From Bacteroidales bacterium (GTDB taxonomy: Bacteria > Bacteroidota > Bacteroidia > Bacteroidales > UBA3824), in contig JAEDDH010000001.1 in assembly GCA_016293845.1 (NCBI GenBank), forward strand, positions 29,211-93,210: 64,000 bases of DNA. Direction: 5' to 3'. This document shows positions 40,485 to 49,142 of the stretch, piece by piece (positions within the stretch are counted from its first letter, which is position 1; every line of letters starts with the position of its first letter). Made by a program: the position numbers and the translations under genes. Below the pieces are notes generated by a model. The model had not been told where the DNA came from. It did no database searches and worked only from the letters and a program-made list of their open reading frames with translations.

Positions 40485-42185
40485 ATGCCGACACTCAACT
40501 GGATAGGTAAAGAACAGATAATAAACCATCACAACGACGTGCCGTTCCGTGTGTTGGAACGCAAATACACGTTTGGGGAAATTAGAAATGAGAAAGTAGA
40601 AATTGGAAATGAGAAAGTAGAAATTAGAAATGAAGGCAATGCCGACAACCAAATTTCTAATTCCACATTTCAAATTTCTAATTCAAAAATAATCCACGGC
40701 GACAATCTTGAAGCCCTCAAAGCCCTTCTGCCCGAATACGAAGGTCGCATCAAATGTATCTACATCGACCCTCCGTACAACACTGGCAATTCTCCCGATA
40801 AAGGAGGATGGGTTTATTATGACAATGTGGACAGTCCTAAACTACGAAAATGGTTTGGTCAGGTTGTCGGTAAAGAATTAGACGACCTTTCTCGCCACGA
40901 CAAATGGCTTTGTATGATGTATCCGCGTTTAATGTTGCTTCAAAAATTACTTAGCGATGACGGTGCAATGTTCATTTCTATTGACGATAATGAGCAAGGT
41001 AATTTGCTCAACATCTGTCAATCTATTTTTGGTGTAAGTAATGTGGAGCAATACATTTGGTGTTTGCAAGATAAATCAGAAAGTTCTTTTGTAAAAACGG
41101 CAGGATTGACCGTTAGAAAAGAACACGAATATATAATTGCGTGCTTTAAAGGAAACGTAAAGTTTAAGAAATATGAGGGCAAAAGAGATTTTGCTGATAA
41201 TATCAAAGACAATCCCGACAATGATCCTCGTGGTCCTTGGTTTTCGGGTAATATTTCAAGGAATGGTATAAAAACAACAACGGGGTCAAAGTATTATACA
41301 ATAACCAATCCCGCAGGAGAAAGTTTTTCTCGAAACTGGACTTTGACGAAAGAAGAATATGAAGAGGCACTTAAAGACAACCGTATTTATTTTGCAAAAA
41401 ATGGTGCAGGTGTTCCTCGCCTGAAAATTTTTCCTCAATCCAATTCTGAGTTAATTCAAAGTAGTCTATTCACTGATGTTCATACTTCTATTACGGGAAA
41501 GAATGAATTGAAGGAAATATTTGGAGAGTCTCCGTTCCCATTTCCTAAACCGACAACGTTAATTGTGCGGCTTATGCAATTAATAACAGACCCCGACTCC
41601 ATCATCCTCGATTCCTTTGCCGGTTCGGGTACAACTGCCCACGCCGTTCTCAATCTTAACAAAGCGGATGGCGGCAACCGAAAATTTATCCTTGTGGAAA
41701 TGGAGGATTATGCCGAAAGTATTACCGCTGAGCGTGTTAAAAGGGTGATTGATGGTTACGGCGATACCGAAGGCACGGGCGGAAGTTTTGATTTTTACGA
41801 ACTTGGCGAACCCGTTTTTGATGCCGACGGCAATCTCAACGAAAACATTGGAACCGAAAAAATCCGTGAATATATTTGGTACAGTGAAATTAGAAATGAG
41901 AAATTAGGAATTAGAAATGTGGACGACTGCGACAGCCAAATTTCTAATTCCTCATTTCAAATCCCTAATTCCAAATATTTTCTTGGAAAATATTTGGGCA
42001 CGGCGTATTATTTTTATTACGAAAAAGACCAAATCACAACGCTCGACAAGGCGTTTCTCAACACCATCACGCAAAGGGCGGAGCAATACGTTATCTATGC
42101 CGACAATTGTTTGCTGTCGGCAGAGTTTATGCAGGCTAACCACATTATTTTCAAAAAGATACCACGCGACGTGAAAAAATTGTAA
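40485..42185 (+). CDS. mod: Type III restriction-modification system Mod subunit (beta-class N6-adenine DNA methyltransferase)
   Basis: N-terminal LNWIGKE; motif IV DPPYNT precedes motif I DSFAGSGTT (beta permutation); sits upstream of a res helicase-nuclease. Confidence 0.85.
   Translation: MPTLNWIGKEQIINHHNDVPFRVLERKYTFGEIRNEKVEIGNEKVEIRNEGNADNQISNSTFQISNSKIIHGDNLEALKALLPEYEGRIKCIYIDPPYNTGNSPDKGGWVYYDNVDSPKLRKWFGQVVGKELDDLSRHDKWLCMMYPRLMLLQKLLSDDGAMFISIDDNEQGNLLNICQSIFGVSNVEQYIWCLQDKSESSFVKTAGLTVRKEHEYIIACFKGNVKFKKYEGKRDFADNIKDNPDNDPRGPWFSGNISRNGIKTTTGSKYYTITNPAGESFSRNWTLTKEEYEEALKDNRIYFAKNGAGVPRLKIFPQSNSELIQSSLFTDVHTSITGKNELKEIFGESPFPFPKPTTLIVRLMQLITDPDSIILDSFAGSGTTAHAVLNLNKADGGNRKFILVEMEDYAESITAERVKRVIDGYGDTEGTGGSFDFYELGEPVFDADGNLNENIGTEKIREYIWYSEIRNEKLGIRNVDDCDSQISNSSFQIPNSKYFLGKYLGTAYYFYYEKDQITTLDKAFLNTITQRAEQYVIYADNCLLSAEFMQANHIIFKKIPRDVKKL
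40579..40691 (+). repeat. in-frame inverted-repeat element copy A inside mod (21-bp sub-units GAAATTAGAAATGAGAAAGTA x3, 16-bp spacer, inverted arm CAAATTTCTAATTCC x2)
   Basis: Direct reading: the left arm and the reverse complement of the right arm share the core AATTAGAAAT; translates as EIRNEKVEIGNEKVEIRNEGN...QISNSTFQISNSK. Confidence 0.6.
41886..41975 (+). repeat. in-frame inverted-repeat element copy B inside mod
   Basis: GAAATTAGAAATGAGAAATTAGGAATTAGAAAT, spacer, CAAATTTCTAATTCCTCATTTCAAATCCCTAATTCC; the spacer GGACGACTGCGACAGCC resembles the copy A spacer GGCAATGCCGACAACC. Confidence 0.6.
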
Positions 42186-42215
42186 ATTGTAAATTAGAAA
42201 TTGTAAATTTGCAAA
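42186..42215 (+). repeat. partial copy D of the same element immediately after the mod stop
   Basis: attgtaaattagaaattgtaaatttgcaaa contains the ATTAGAAAT core. Confidence 0.35.
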
Positions 42216-42246
42216 GTGAAAAACAATTAAAGTGGATAATTAAGAT

Positions 42247-42612
42247 ATGAAAGAAAACGAAACCAACAACGTGATTTTGGTGAAGAGCAAGGCTTTTGCA
42301 TTGCTTATAATCCGTATGTATAAATATTTGACTGACGAAAAGAAGGAGTTTGTTTTGTCAAAACAAGTTCTTCGAAGTGGAACAAGTATTGGAGCAAACG
42401 TAAAAGAGACTGTATATGCACAGAGCAAAGCCGATTTCTATGCAAAATTATACATTGCTACAAAGGAGGCAGGCGAAACAGAATACTGGCTTGAATTGTT
42501 GCACGAAAGCGGTTATCTTGATGATAATGTTTTTGATAAACTAAATGTGCAGTGTACAGAACTAATCAAGTTGTTAGTTTCCATTACTAAAACTCAAAAA
42601 GAACAGAAATAA
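42247..42612 (+). CDS. four-helix-bundle protein (23S rRNA intervening-sequence protein family, TIGR02436-like)
   Basis: 121 aa; pattern ...KSKAFALLIIRMYK...SKQVLRSGTSIGANVKE...YIATKEAGETEYWLELL... typical of this Bacteroidetes-abundant family. Confidence 0.65.
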   Translation: MKENETNNVILVKSKAFALLIIRMYKYLTDEKKEFVLSKQVLRSGTSIGANVKETVYAQSKADFYAKLYIATKEAGETEYWLELLHESGYLDDNVFDKLNVQCTELIKLLVSITKTQKEQK

Positions 42613-42624
42613 ACGATGTCAAAT

Positions 42625-42686
42625 CAATTAGAAATGAGAAGTAGAAGGTTGAAAATTTCTAATTTCTAATTCCAAATTTCAAATTA
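42625..42686 (+). repeat. non-coding copy C of the inverted-repeat element, abutting the res start
   Basis: CAATTAGAAATGAGAAGTAGAAG, 4-nt spacer, AAAATTTCTAATTTCTAATTCCAAATTTCAAATT. Confidence 0.55.
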
Positions 42687-42691
42687 AAAAA

Positions 42692-45334
42692 GTGGAACTG
42701 AAACCCTATCAACAACAGATATTAGACGATTTGCAGCGTTTTATGCAATATGTGCAGGAGACCAAAAACATTCAGGATGCGTTCCATAAGTTTTGGTTTG
42801 AGCATCCGCGCACTGGTCTTACTCCGTTTCCGGACGAGGCGGTGGAGCCGTACAAAGACAACGTGAAAAACGCTCCTCACGTGTGTATCAAAGTGCCTAC
42901 GGGCGGCGGCAAAACTTTTATTGCGTCGGCGGCGTTGGGTACGATTTTCAATAATTTTGACGACAACCATTTTAAAACAGTGGTTTGGCTTGTGCCGTCG
43001 ATTACCATTTTGGAACAGACGTTGAAAAACCTTCGCAACAAAAATCATCCTTACAGAAACCGCATCGACGTAGATTTTCAAAACCGTGTTGAAGTGCTCG
43101 ACAAATCGCAAGCCTTGCAGGGCGCGGGATTTTCGTTGCAGGTTGTAAAAGCAAACCTTTGTATCATAGTGATGAGTTTCGACAGCCTCCGCGCCCGCAA
43201 AAAGGAAGACCGCAAGGTTTATCAAGAAAACGGCAATTTGCTTTCGTTCCAGTCAATTGTTGGCACTGACGAAAACGGCGACCCCGATTTGCAGTTGATG
43301 CGCGTTTTGCAGGCGTTGAATCCCGTTGTAATTGTTGACGAAAGCCACAACGCCGAAACCGAACTCAGCGTAGAGATGTTGCAAAACTTGAATCCGAGTT
43401 TTATCCTCGACCTCACAGCCACGCCGCGCAAAAATAGCAACATCATTAGTTTTACCGACGCCTACGAACTCAAAAAGGAGTGTATGGTAAAATTGCCGGT
43501 TATTGTTCATAATCATCAGACCAAAAACGATGTAATAAATTCGGCGTTGGAATTGCAGAGCAATTTGGAGCGCGACGCCAAAAAATCGCAAAAAGAAGGC
43601 GGCAAATATATCCGCCCGATTGTGTTGTTTCAGGCGCAGCCACGCACCGGCGAGGAGAATATCACCTACGAAAAAATCAAACAGACGCTCCTCGACCTCA
43701 AAATCCCCGAAGAGCAAATCCGCATCAAAACCGCCGACCGCAACGAAATCAAAGACGAAGATTTGCTGTCGCCATCTTGCCCTGTGCGTTATATCATCAC
43801 TGTCAACGCCTTGAAAGAGGGTTGGGATTGTCCGTTTGCCTACATACTTGCCTCGCTTGCCGACCGCTCGTCGTCGGTGGATGTAGAACAGATTCTTGGG
43901 CGCGTGCTGCGTATGCCGTGGGTTAGCAAAAACCAAAATCCAATGCTCAATATGAGTTATGTGCTCACATCGTCGGCAAAATTTTTGGATACGCTCGACA
44001 ATATCGTCAAGGGTTTGAATCGTGCGGGTTTCAGCGAAAATGATTACAAAATTGCCGAACCCGAAAAACCGAAAGCCCCTGTGGTTGCAGAATCCGCCAT
44101 CCAAAATGTTGGAATGAAAGATATGTTTGAAACAAAGGTCGATTCTACGACAGAGGTTGCTGACGATGGCAATGGGGACGAACTTGATGCCGCCAAAATT
44201 GAGTTTGATCCGCAAGAGGAATCAACCCCAAAAAGCGATGTCGCACAGATAGTGCAGCAAGCGCAAGCCGAGGCTGAAAAAGAAGTTGAAATTGCAACCA
44301 AGCATAAAATCAACAACATACCAAACGAATTGTCAAAGCAAGTGAAGTGTTATAAGATGAAAGAAGTGTTTCGCGATTCGGCACAATCGTTGAAACTTCC
44401 GCAGTTTATGAGTGCCGACAAGTCGCAGGAACTCACCACGGATTTGTTTGTGGAGGTGTATGAAAAGGCTATGTTTGAGGGCGAAATGCTTTTGAAGGAT
44501 TTTAAACTCGGCAACGAGAAATCCGACATTGATTTTGATGCTGTGGAATCCACAATGTACCGTGTAGATTTGGACGAAACTTCGCATAGTCATACTCCAA
44601 CATACCTAAAAGTGGACGGCATTGCGCACGAAACAATTGCCGCTTACATTCTTGATCCCTCGAAGAAAAATATCAGGGTCAAGAATTGCACATTCCGCCT
44701 TAAAAACATTATTGGCAAAATGTATCCGATTCCCGACAAGGAGATTGAACTCTACATCAAACACGTTTTGGAACGTTTTTCCGACGAGCAATTTGCCGAC
44801 TTGATAACCCACGAATATACCTACGCCGAAAAAATCAAGGCTAAAATTCGTCAGTTGGCTACCGACTACAAAGAAAGGCAGTTTTTTAATTTGGTTGACA
44901 AAGATTTGATTTTCACGGAGGGGGCGTTCCCATTGCCCGACGAGATTATTCCCAGCAAGACTATTTCTGGCTTGCCAAAATCGCTCTACGAAAAAGAGGG
45001 CGACATAGACGGTTTTGAGCGCGAGGTAATCAACGACGTTGCCAACCTATCGAATGTGGAATGGTGGACGCGCAATCTTGAACGCGGCAAAGGTTTCTGT
45101 ATCAATGGTTTCATCAATCATTATCCCGATTTTATAATCAAGACCAAGAAGGGCAAAATAGTCCTTCTCGAAACCAAGGGCGACCATCTCGACGCTGAAA
45201 AAAAGATAAAACTCGGCAACCTTTGGGCAAGCAAAGCGGGCAACAATTACCGTTATTGCTTAGTTTACAAAAACCGCGAAGTCGATGGTGCATACACCAA
45301 ACAAGGATTTTTGGAGGTGTTGAAGGAGTTATAA
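42692..45334 (+). CDS. res: Type III restriction enzyme Res subunit (SF2 helicase plus nuclease)
   Basis: Walker A VPTGGGKT and DExH box VIVDESHNA, with a C-terminal endonuclease region; apparent GTG start at 42692. Confidence 0.85.
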   Translation: MELKPYQQQILDDLQRFMQYVQETKNIQDAFHKFWFEHPRTGLTPFPDEAVEPYKDNVKNAPHVCIKVPTGGGKTFIASAALGTIFNNFDDNHFKTVVWLVPSITILEQTLKNLRNKNHPYRNRIDVDFQNRVEVLDKSQALQGAGFSLQVVKANLCIIVMSFDSLRARKKEDRKVYQENGNLLSFQSIVGTDENGDPDLQLMRVLQALNPVVIVDESHNAETELSVEMLQNLNPSFILDLTATPRKNSNIISFTDAYELKKECMVKLPVIVHNHQTKNDVINSALELQSNLERDAKKSQKEGGKYIRPIVLFQAQPRTGEENITYEKIKQTLLDLKIPEEQIRIKTADRNEIKDEDLLSPSCPVRYIITVNALKEGWDCPFAYILASLADRSSSVDVEQILGRVLRMPWVSKNQNPMLNMSYVLTSSAKFLDTLDNIVKGLNRAGFSENDYKIAEPEKPKAPVVAESAIQNVGMKDMFETKVDSTTEVADDGNGDELDAAKIEFDPQEESTPKSDVAQIVQQAQAEAEKEVEIATKHKINNIPNELSKQVKCYKMKEVFRDSAQSLKLPQFMSADKSQELTTDLFVEVYEKAMFEGEMLLKDFKLGNEKSDIDFDAVESTMYRVDLDETSHSHTPTYLKVDGIAHETIAAYILDPSKKNIRVKNCTFRLKNIIGKMYPIPDKEIELYIKHVLERFSDEQFADLITHEYTYAEKIKAKIRQLATDYKERQFFNLVDKDLIFTEGAFPLPDEIIPSKTISGLPKSLYEKEGDIDGFEREVINDVANLSNVEWWTRNLERGKGFCINGFINHYPDFIIKTKKGKIVLLETKGDHLDAEKKIKLGNLWASKAGNNYRYCLVYKNREVDGAYTKQGFLEVLKEL

Positions 45335-45440
45335 TCACGCCTCGCAGGGATTGTTTTCCATAATATTTTGTTTTAAAATTAATAATGCGTGAATATAAAA
45401 ATTTTTTACATTTGCCGTGAATTAAAACTCAAAAATTATC

Positions 45441-46268
45441 ATGAAAAAAGTATTTTTACCATTAACAGCGTTATTATTAGCCTTTTACAGTTGCAATAAT
45501 GCGCCCCAGCAAAATTCGGACAATGCTTCCGACACAAGCAAAATCTCCATTCCCGAACCCAAGGACGACGCTCCCGCTGCCGATGCTTCGGTTGATTGGG
45601 ACAAACCGCTTTTCACCATCGACACCGAAACTGGCGATACCATTACCAAATGGCTCTACACTGACACCTCGATTGTTGAAACATCTATTTACACCGAGGC
45701 TTCGTATGGCTATGAGGGTGAAGAAACCACTGTTTACGATTTAAAAGGTCGCATAATTTCGCAATGCGGTACTATTAATTCGGGCAACATTCACAACGAT
45801 GAAATGCGTTATACCTACGATGGCAAAATCCGCACAGGCAAGGGCAGCAACGTTACTGAGGGTTATCCATCGTTTACAGAGGTTAAGGAGGTAACATATT
45901 TTGCCGACAGCGAATTTAAGCAAGATACTTTGGGACAGAACTATTCTGCCGAAGTTTCGTGGGATGATATGGACGAATCGTCGGAAACTCCGCTCGAACT
46001 TGAAAGTTACTATGTTAACAAGTTTGCGAATGGCAAATTGGTTCAAACAACCTATTACGGCAAGGATTCCGAAACAGGCAAGATGACATTCCGCTCGCGT
46101 ACAGTTTACGATTACAACACATCGGGCAATCTTGTAAAATCCACCCTCTTAAACGAGCAGGGCACACCTTTGGGCGAATATGCCGAAACCCGATACACTT
46201 ACAAAGGCAACGCCCGCACCTCATCAAACGACGGCTCCGAGTCGGTAACGTATTATGCTAAGAAATAA
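45441..46268 (+). CDS. hypothetical lipoprotein
   Basis: Lipobox FYSCNN; Thr/Tyr-rich beta-rich mature region. Confidence 0.45.
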   Translation: MKKVFLPLTALLLAFYSCNNAPQQNSDNASDTSKISIPEPKDDAPAADASVDWDKPLFTIDTETGDTITKWLYTDTSIVETSIYTEASYGYEGEETTVYDLKGRIISQCGTINSGNIHNDEMRYTYDGKIRTGKGSNVTEGYPSFTEVKEVTYFADSEFKQDTLGQNYSAEVSWDDMDESSETPLELESYYVNKFANGKLVQTTYYGKDSETGKMTFRSRTVYDYNTSGNLVKSTLLNEQGTPLGEYAETRYTYKGNARTSSNDGSESVTYYAKK

Positions 46269-46272
46269 GGCG

Positions 46273-46455
46273 TTAGAATTCGGGCACAGGCTCGTTATAT
46301 AGTTTAACAAACACCTCACGGGCGGGGACATATATGATGTTTCCGTCCGTGTCGGTTTGTACTACCATTTGATTAAGCATCGCCTTGCGTTTTAATGTTT
46401 CGTATTCGGCAATTTGTAGGGCGTGTTTTATAAGTTCCTTATCTTGATTGCTCAT
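46273..46455 (-). CDS. hypothetical small protein (possibly the C-terminal part of a frameshifted ~95-aa gene)
   Basis: 60-aa ORF; a 35-aa ORF in another frame directly upstream (46456-46547) overlaps its start. Confidence 0.25.
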   Translation of the reverse strand: MSNQDKELIKHALQIAEYETLKRKAMLNQMVVQTDTDGNIIYVPAREVFVKLYNEPVPEF

Positions 46456-46559
46456 AGTGTCTAATGTTGTTAATTACACCCGAAACAAGTGCTTGAATTT
46501 GAGGAACAATCTCCTCGTATTTTGATATTTTTTCTGATTGTGTCATAATGGGGTATATT

Positions 46560-47786
46560 TTATCTCCATCCTCCAATCCACCTATTCATATCGGTGTCTT
46601 TAAATTCGTCGGCTTTGCGGATGTTGGTGTCGGAGGGTTTGTTGAAGAGGAATTTTTCTACAAAGCGTTGAACGGCGTCGTTTTCGGAGTCGCACGCCAT
46701 ACAGTGGGGATGTCCGCCTTCAAATACGTAGCCAAAGCGGTCGGAGATTCCAAATTTGTCCCAAACTTTGGAGGCTGCTGCTGTGGAAACGTAGCCCGAA
46801 TAGTCGCAGAGCCACGGATAGTCTGAGTTGCCTAATACCAAAACGGCGCGGGGTGCAATCATCGAAATTATTTGGTGATGGTCGTAGGGCAGACGGTTGA
46901 GTTTTCCATTGAAATTATCCTTAAACGAGGGGGCAAACCAAGAGTAGTTGGTGTTTTCTACACGTTCTACATTAACGTTGGTAGTGGCTGTGTGATAGTC
47001 GCTTGCACGCCATGAGTTGATGCCGCCGCCGCCCGATTCTTGAATAATGGTGAGGGCGATGCGCTCGTCGAACGCTCCGGCAAACATAGCCATTTTGCCT
47101 GCGTAAGAGCAACCCGTTACGGCTATGTGGTTTACATCGGCGTGGATTTGGTCTTTTACTTGGTGGAGCGCGTCGATTAGGCGGCTGATTCCCCAAGTCC
47201 ATCCCGAATAGTTTCCGCTGGTGTTCTTATAGTTGGGAAATAGTTTGTAAAACGCTGCGGCACTGTCTCTTACAGCCTGATGACTGCTTTTGATTATTTG
47301 GTCGTGCTTAAAAGGTACAAGTATACAGCCTTTTACAAATTCGGGACGTATGCTGCCCGATGGCATATTCATTCCTATAATCACGGGGAAAGGTCCGTTG
47401 CCTTCGGGGATTATTATTTTTGAAGAAAACTCCAAACTTCCGCCTTTGGTTTCCACTTTTATATTAATGGTGGTTTCAGCGGCGTTGTATGTGGCGATGA
47501 CTTTTTTGAAAGAGGGGATAGGTCCAATTTCGTAATCCTGCACCATTCGGGCGGTTTCGTTGCGGTGACGTTCCCAACCTTTATAGTCGGCTTTGTATGT
47601 GCCGTCTTGATAGATAAACGGGTCGGGGAGAGCCTCATTGTTGTACGATAGTTGCGCCGGAGCGGTCGACGAGCCTTCTTTGAGACTCTTGCCGGTGTTT
47701 TCCTTTGCAAAAACCAAGGGCAGGGTTTGCGCCGATGCTCCAAAAGTGCAGAGCAAAGCGGCTGTTATTAAAACACTCTTTTTCAT
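46560..47786 (-). CDS. secreted alpha/beta-hydrolase, glucuronoyl-esterase-like (CE15-like)
   Basis: Signal peptide; nucleophile motif GCSYAGK within an alpha/beta-hydrolase context. Confidence 0.45.
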   Translation of the reverse strand: MKKSVLITAALLCTFGASAQTLPLVFAKENTGKSLKEGSSTAPAQLSYNNEALPDPFIYQDGTYKADYKGWERHRNETARMVQDYEIGPIPSFKKVIATYNAAETTINIKVETKGGSLEFSSKIIIPEGNGPFPVIIGMNMPSGSIRPEFVKGCILVPFKHDQIIKSSHQAVRDSAAAFYKLFPNYKNTSGNYSGWTWGISRLIDALHQVKDQIHADVNHIAVTGCSYAGKMAMFAGAFDERIALTIIQESGGGGINSWRASDYHTATTNVNVERVENTNYSWFAPSFKDNFNGKLNRLPYDHHQIISMIAPRAVLVLGNSDYPWLCDYSGYVSTAAASKVWDKFGISDRFGYVFEGGHPHCMACDSENDAVQRFVEKFLFNKPSDTNIRKADEFKDTDMNRWIGGWR

Positions 47787-47819
47787 TATATTAGTTTTTG
47801 TTAAAAATTTAGTAGAAAA

Positions 47820-49001
47820 TTATATCTCAATTCTGAGTTTTGAATACATTTCTTGAACCTTGCGGCGGGCGTCGTCGATGTCGTTGCCACGAGCAAGAAG
47901 AACTGCCATACGACGGTGGTCGTGAACTTCGGGTTTGCCAAAAATTCTAATCTGCGTGTCGGGAAGGCTGAGGGCTTCTTCAAGATTTTCGAATGTTACG
48001 TGGTCGCTGTCGCCGCTCACAACAACGGCTTTTGATGCCGATGGACCGTGGAATGCAATGTTGGGAATAGGCAATCCGAGAATAGCCCTAACGTGGAGTG
48101 CAAATTCAGAAAGGTCTTGCGAAATCATTGTTACCATACCCGTATCGTGCGGACGTGGCGATACTTCGCTGAAAATCACATCGTTGCCACTTACAAACAT
48201 CTCAACGCCAAAAATACCGTATCCGCCGAGGGCTGTGGTGATTTTTTCGGCAATTTGATGAGCCTTTTGAAGCACTTCGGGTGTGGTTGGTTGCGGTTGC
48301 CACGATTCTTGATAGTCGCCGTCTTTTTGCCAATGTCCAATGGGTTCGAGAAAACTTGTTCCGCCCTTGTGACGTACTGTGAGCAAGGTGATTTCGTAGT
48401 CGAACTTTACAAACGCCTCTACGATAACCTTTCCGGCACCTGCGCGACCGCCTTCTTGGGCAATTTTCCAAGCATTTTCGATGTCGGTCTCTGATTTGAT
48501 AACGCTCTGACCGTGTCCCGAACTGCTCATAATGGGTTTTACCACGCAGGGTATTCCAACTGATTTTACAGCGTCGACAAAACTGTCGTGAGTGGCTGCA
48601 AATTTATAAGCCGAAGTTTTGATGCCAAGTTCTTCGGCAGCAAGTCGGCGGATTTCTTCGCGGTTCATTGTGAGGAAAGTGGCTCGGGCTGTGGGGATTA
48701 CGTTGTAACCCTCTTTTTCGAGTTCCACAAGGGTGTTGGTGGCAATGGCTTCCACCTCGGGGATTATATAGTCAGGTTTTTCGGCAGAGATAATTTCGCG
48801 GAGTTTTTCGCCGTCGAGCATCGACACCACATACGATTTGTGCGCCACCTGCATAGCGGGAGCGTTTTCGTATTTGTCGAGTGCAATTACCTCAATGCCA
48901 AGACGTTGAAGTTCAATAGCGACCTCCTTGCCGAGTTCGCCGCTACCACATAGAAGGGCTTTTTTGCCGCCTTGCTTAAATATAGTACCAAATTTTGTCA
49001 T
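47820..49001 (-). CDS. purT: formate-dependent phosphoribosylglycinamide formyltransferase
   Basis: Full-length ATP-grasp PurT (N-terminal [14 protein letters not shown]). Confidence 0.9.
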   Translation of the reverse strand: MTKFGTIFKQGGKKALLCGSGELGKEVAIELQRLGIEVIALDKYENAPAMQVAHKSYVVSMLDGEKLREIISAEKPDYIIPEVEAIATNTLVELEKEGYNVIPTARATFLTMNREEIRRLAAEELGIKTSAYKFAATHDSFVDAVKSVGIPCVVKPIMSSSGHGQSVIKSETDIENAWKIAQEGGRAGAGKVIVEAFVKFDYEITLLTVRHKGGTSFLEPIGHWQKDGDYQESWQPQPTTPEVLQKAHQIAEKITTALGGYGIFGVEMFVSGNDVIFSEVSPRPHDTGMVTMISQDLSEFALHVRAILGLPIPNIAFHGPSASKAVVVSGDSDHVTFENLEEALSLPDTQIRIFGKPEVHDHRRMAVLLARGNDIDDARRKVQEMYSKLRIEI

Positions 49002-49142
49002 ATTTCAATAATTAGGAGTCAGAATTAGGGTTGAATGAACAGGGCAAAGATAAAAAAATTTACATTTTCTTTTTATAACCAAGAGTTTTTTACCTATCTT
49101 TGCGGCGTTTTTAAAAAAAGAAAATCTAAAAATGTATTAGTT

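Noticed and set aside
40401-40673. 90-aa minus-strand ORF (ISNFYFLISNFYFL...) antisense to the mod N-terminus
   Set aside because: It is simply the reverse complement of inverted-repeat element copy A. Its low-complexity translation is produced by the 21-bp repeats and it overlaps a well-supported CDS.
40579-42686. Possible CRISPR array suggested by short direct repeats with spacers
   Set aside because: The units are 21 bp and lie in-frame inside a CDS, with inverted partners. Only two or three units occur per site and there are no cas genes. The structure is a MITE-like inverted repeat, not repeat-spacer architecture.
46456-46547. 35-aa ORF MTQSEKISKYEEIVPQIQALVSGVINNIRHYEQSR overlapping the start of the 60-aa ORF
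   Set aside because: It is too short and unsupported. It is noted only as a possible frameshifted N-terminus of the adjacent small gene.
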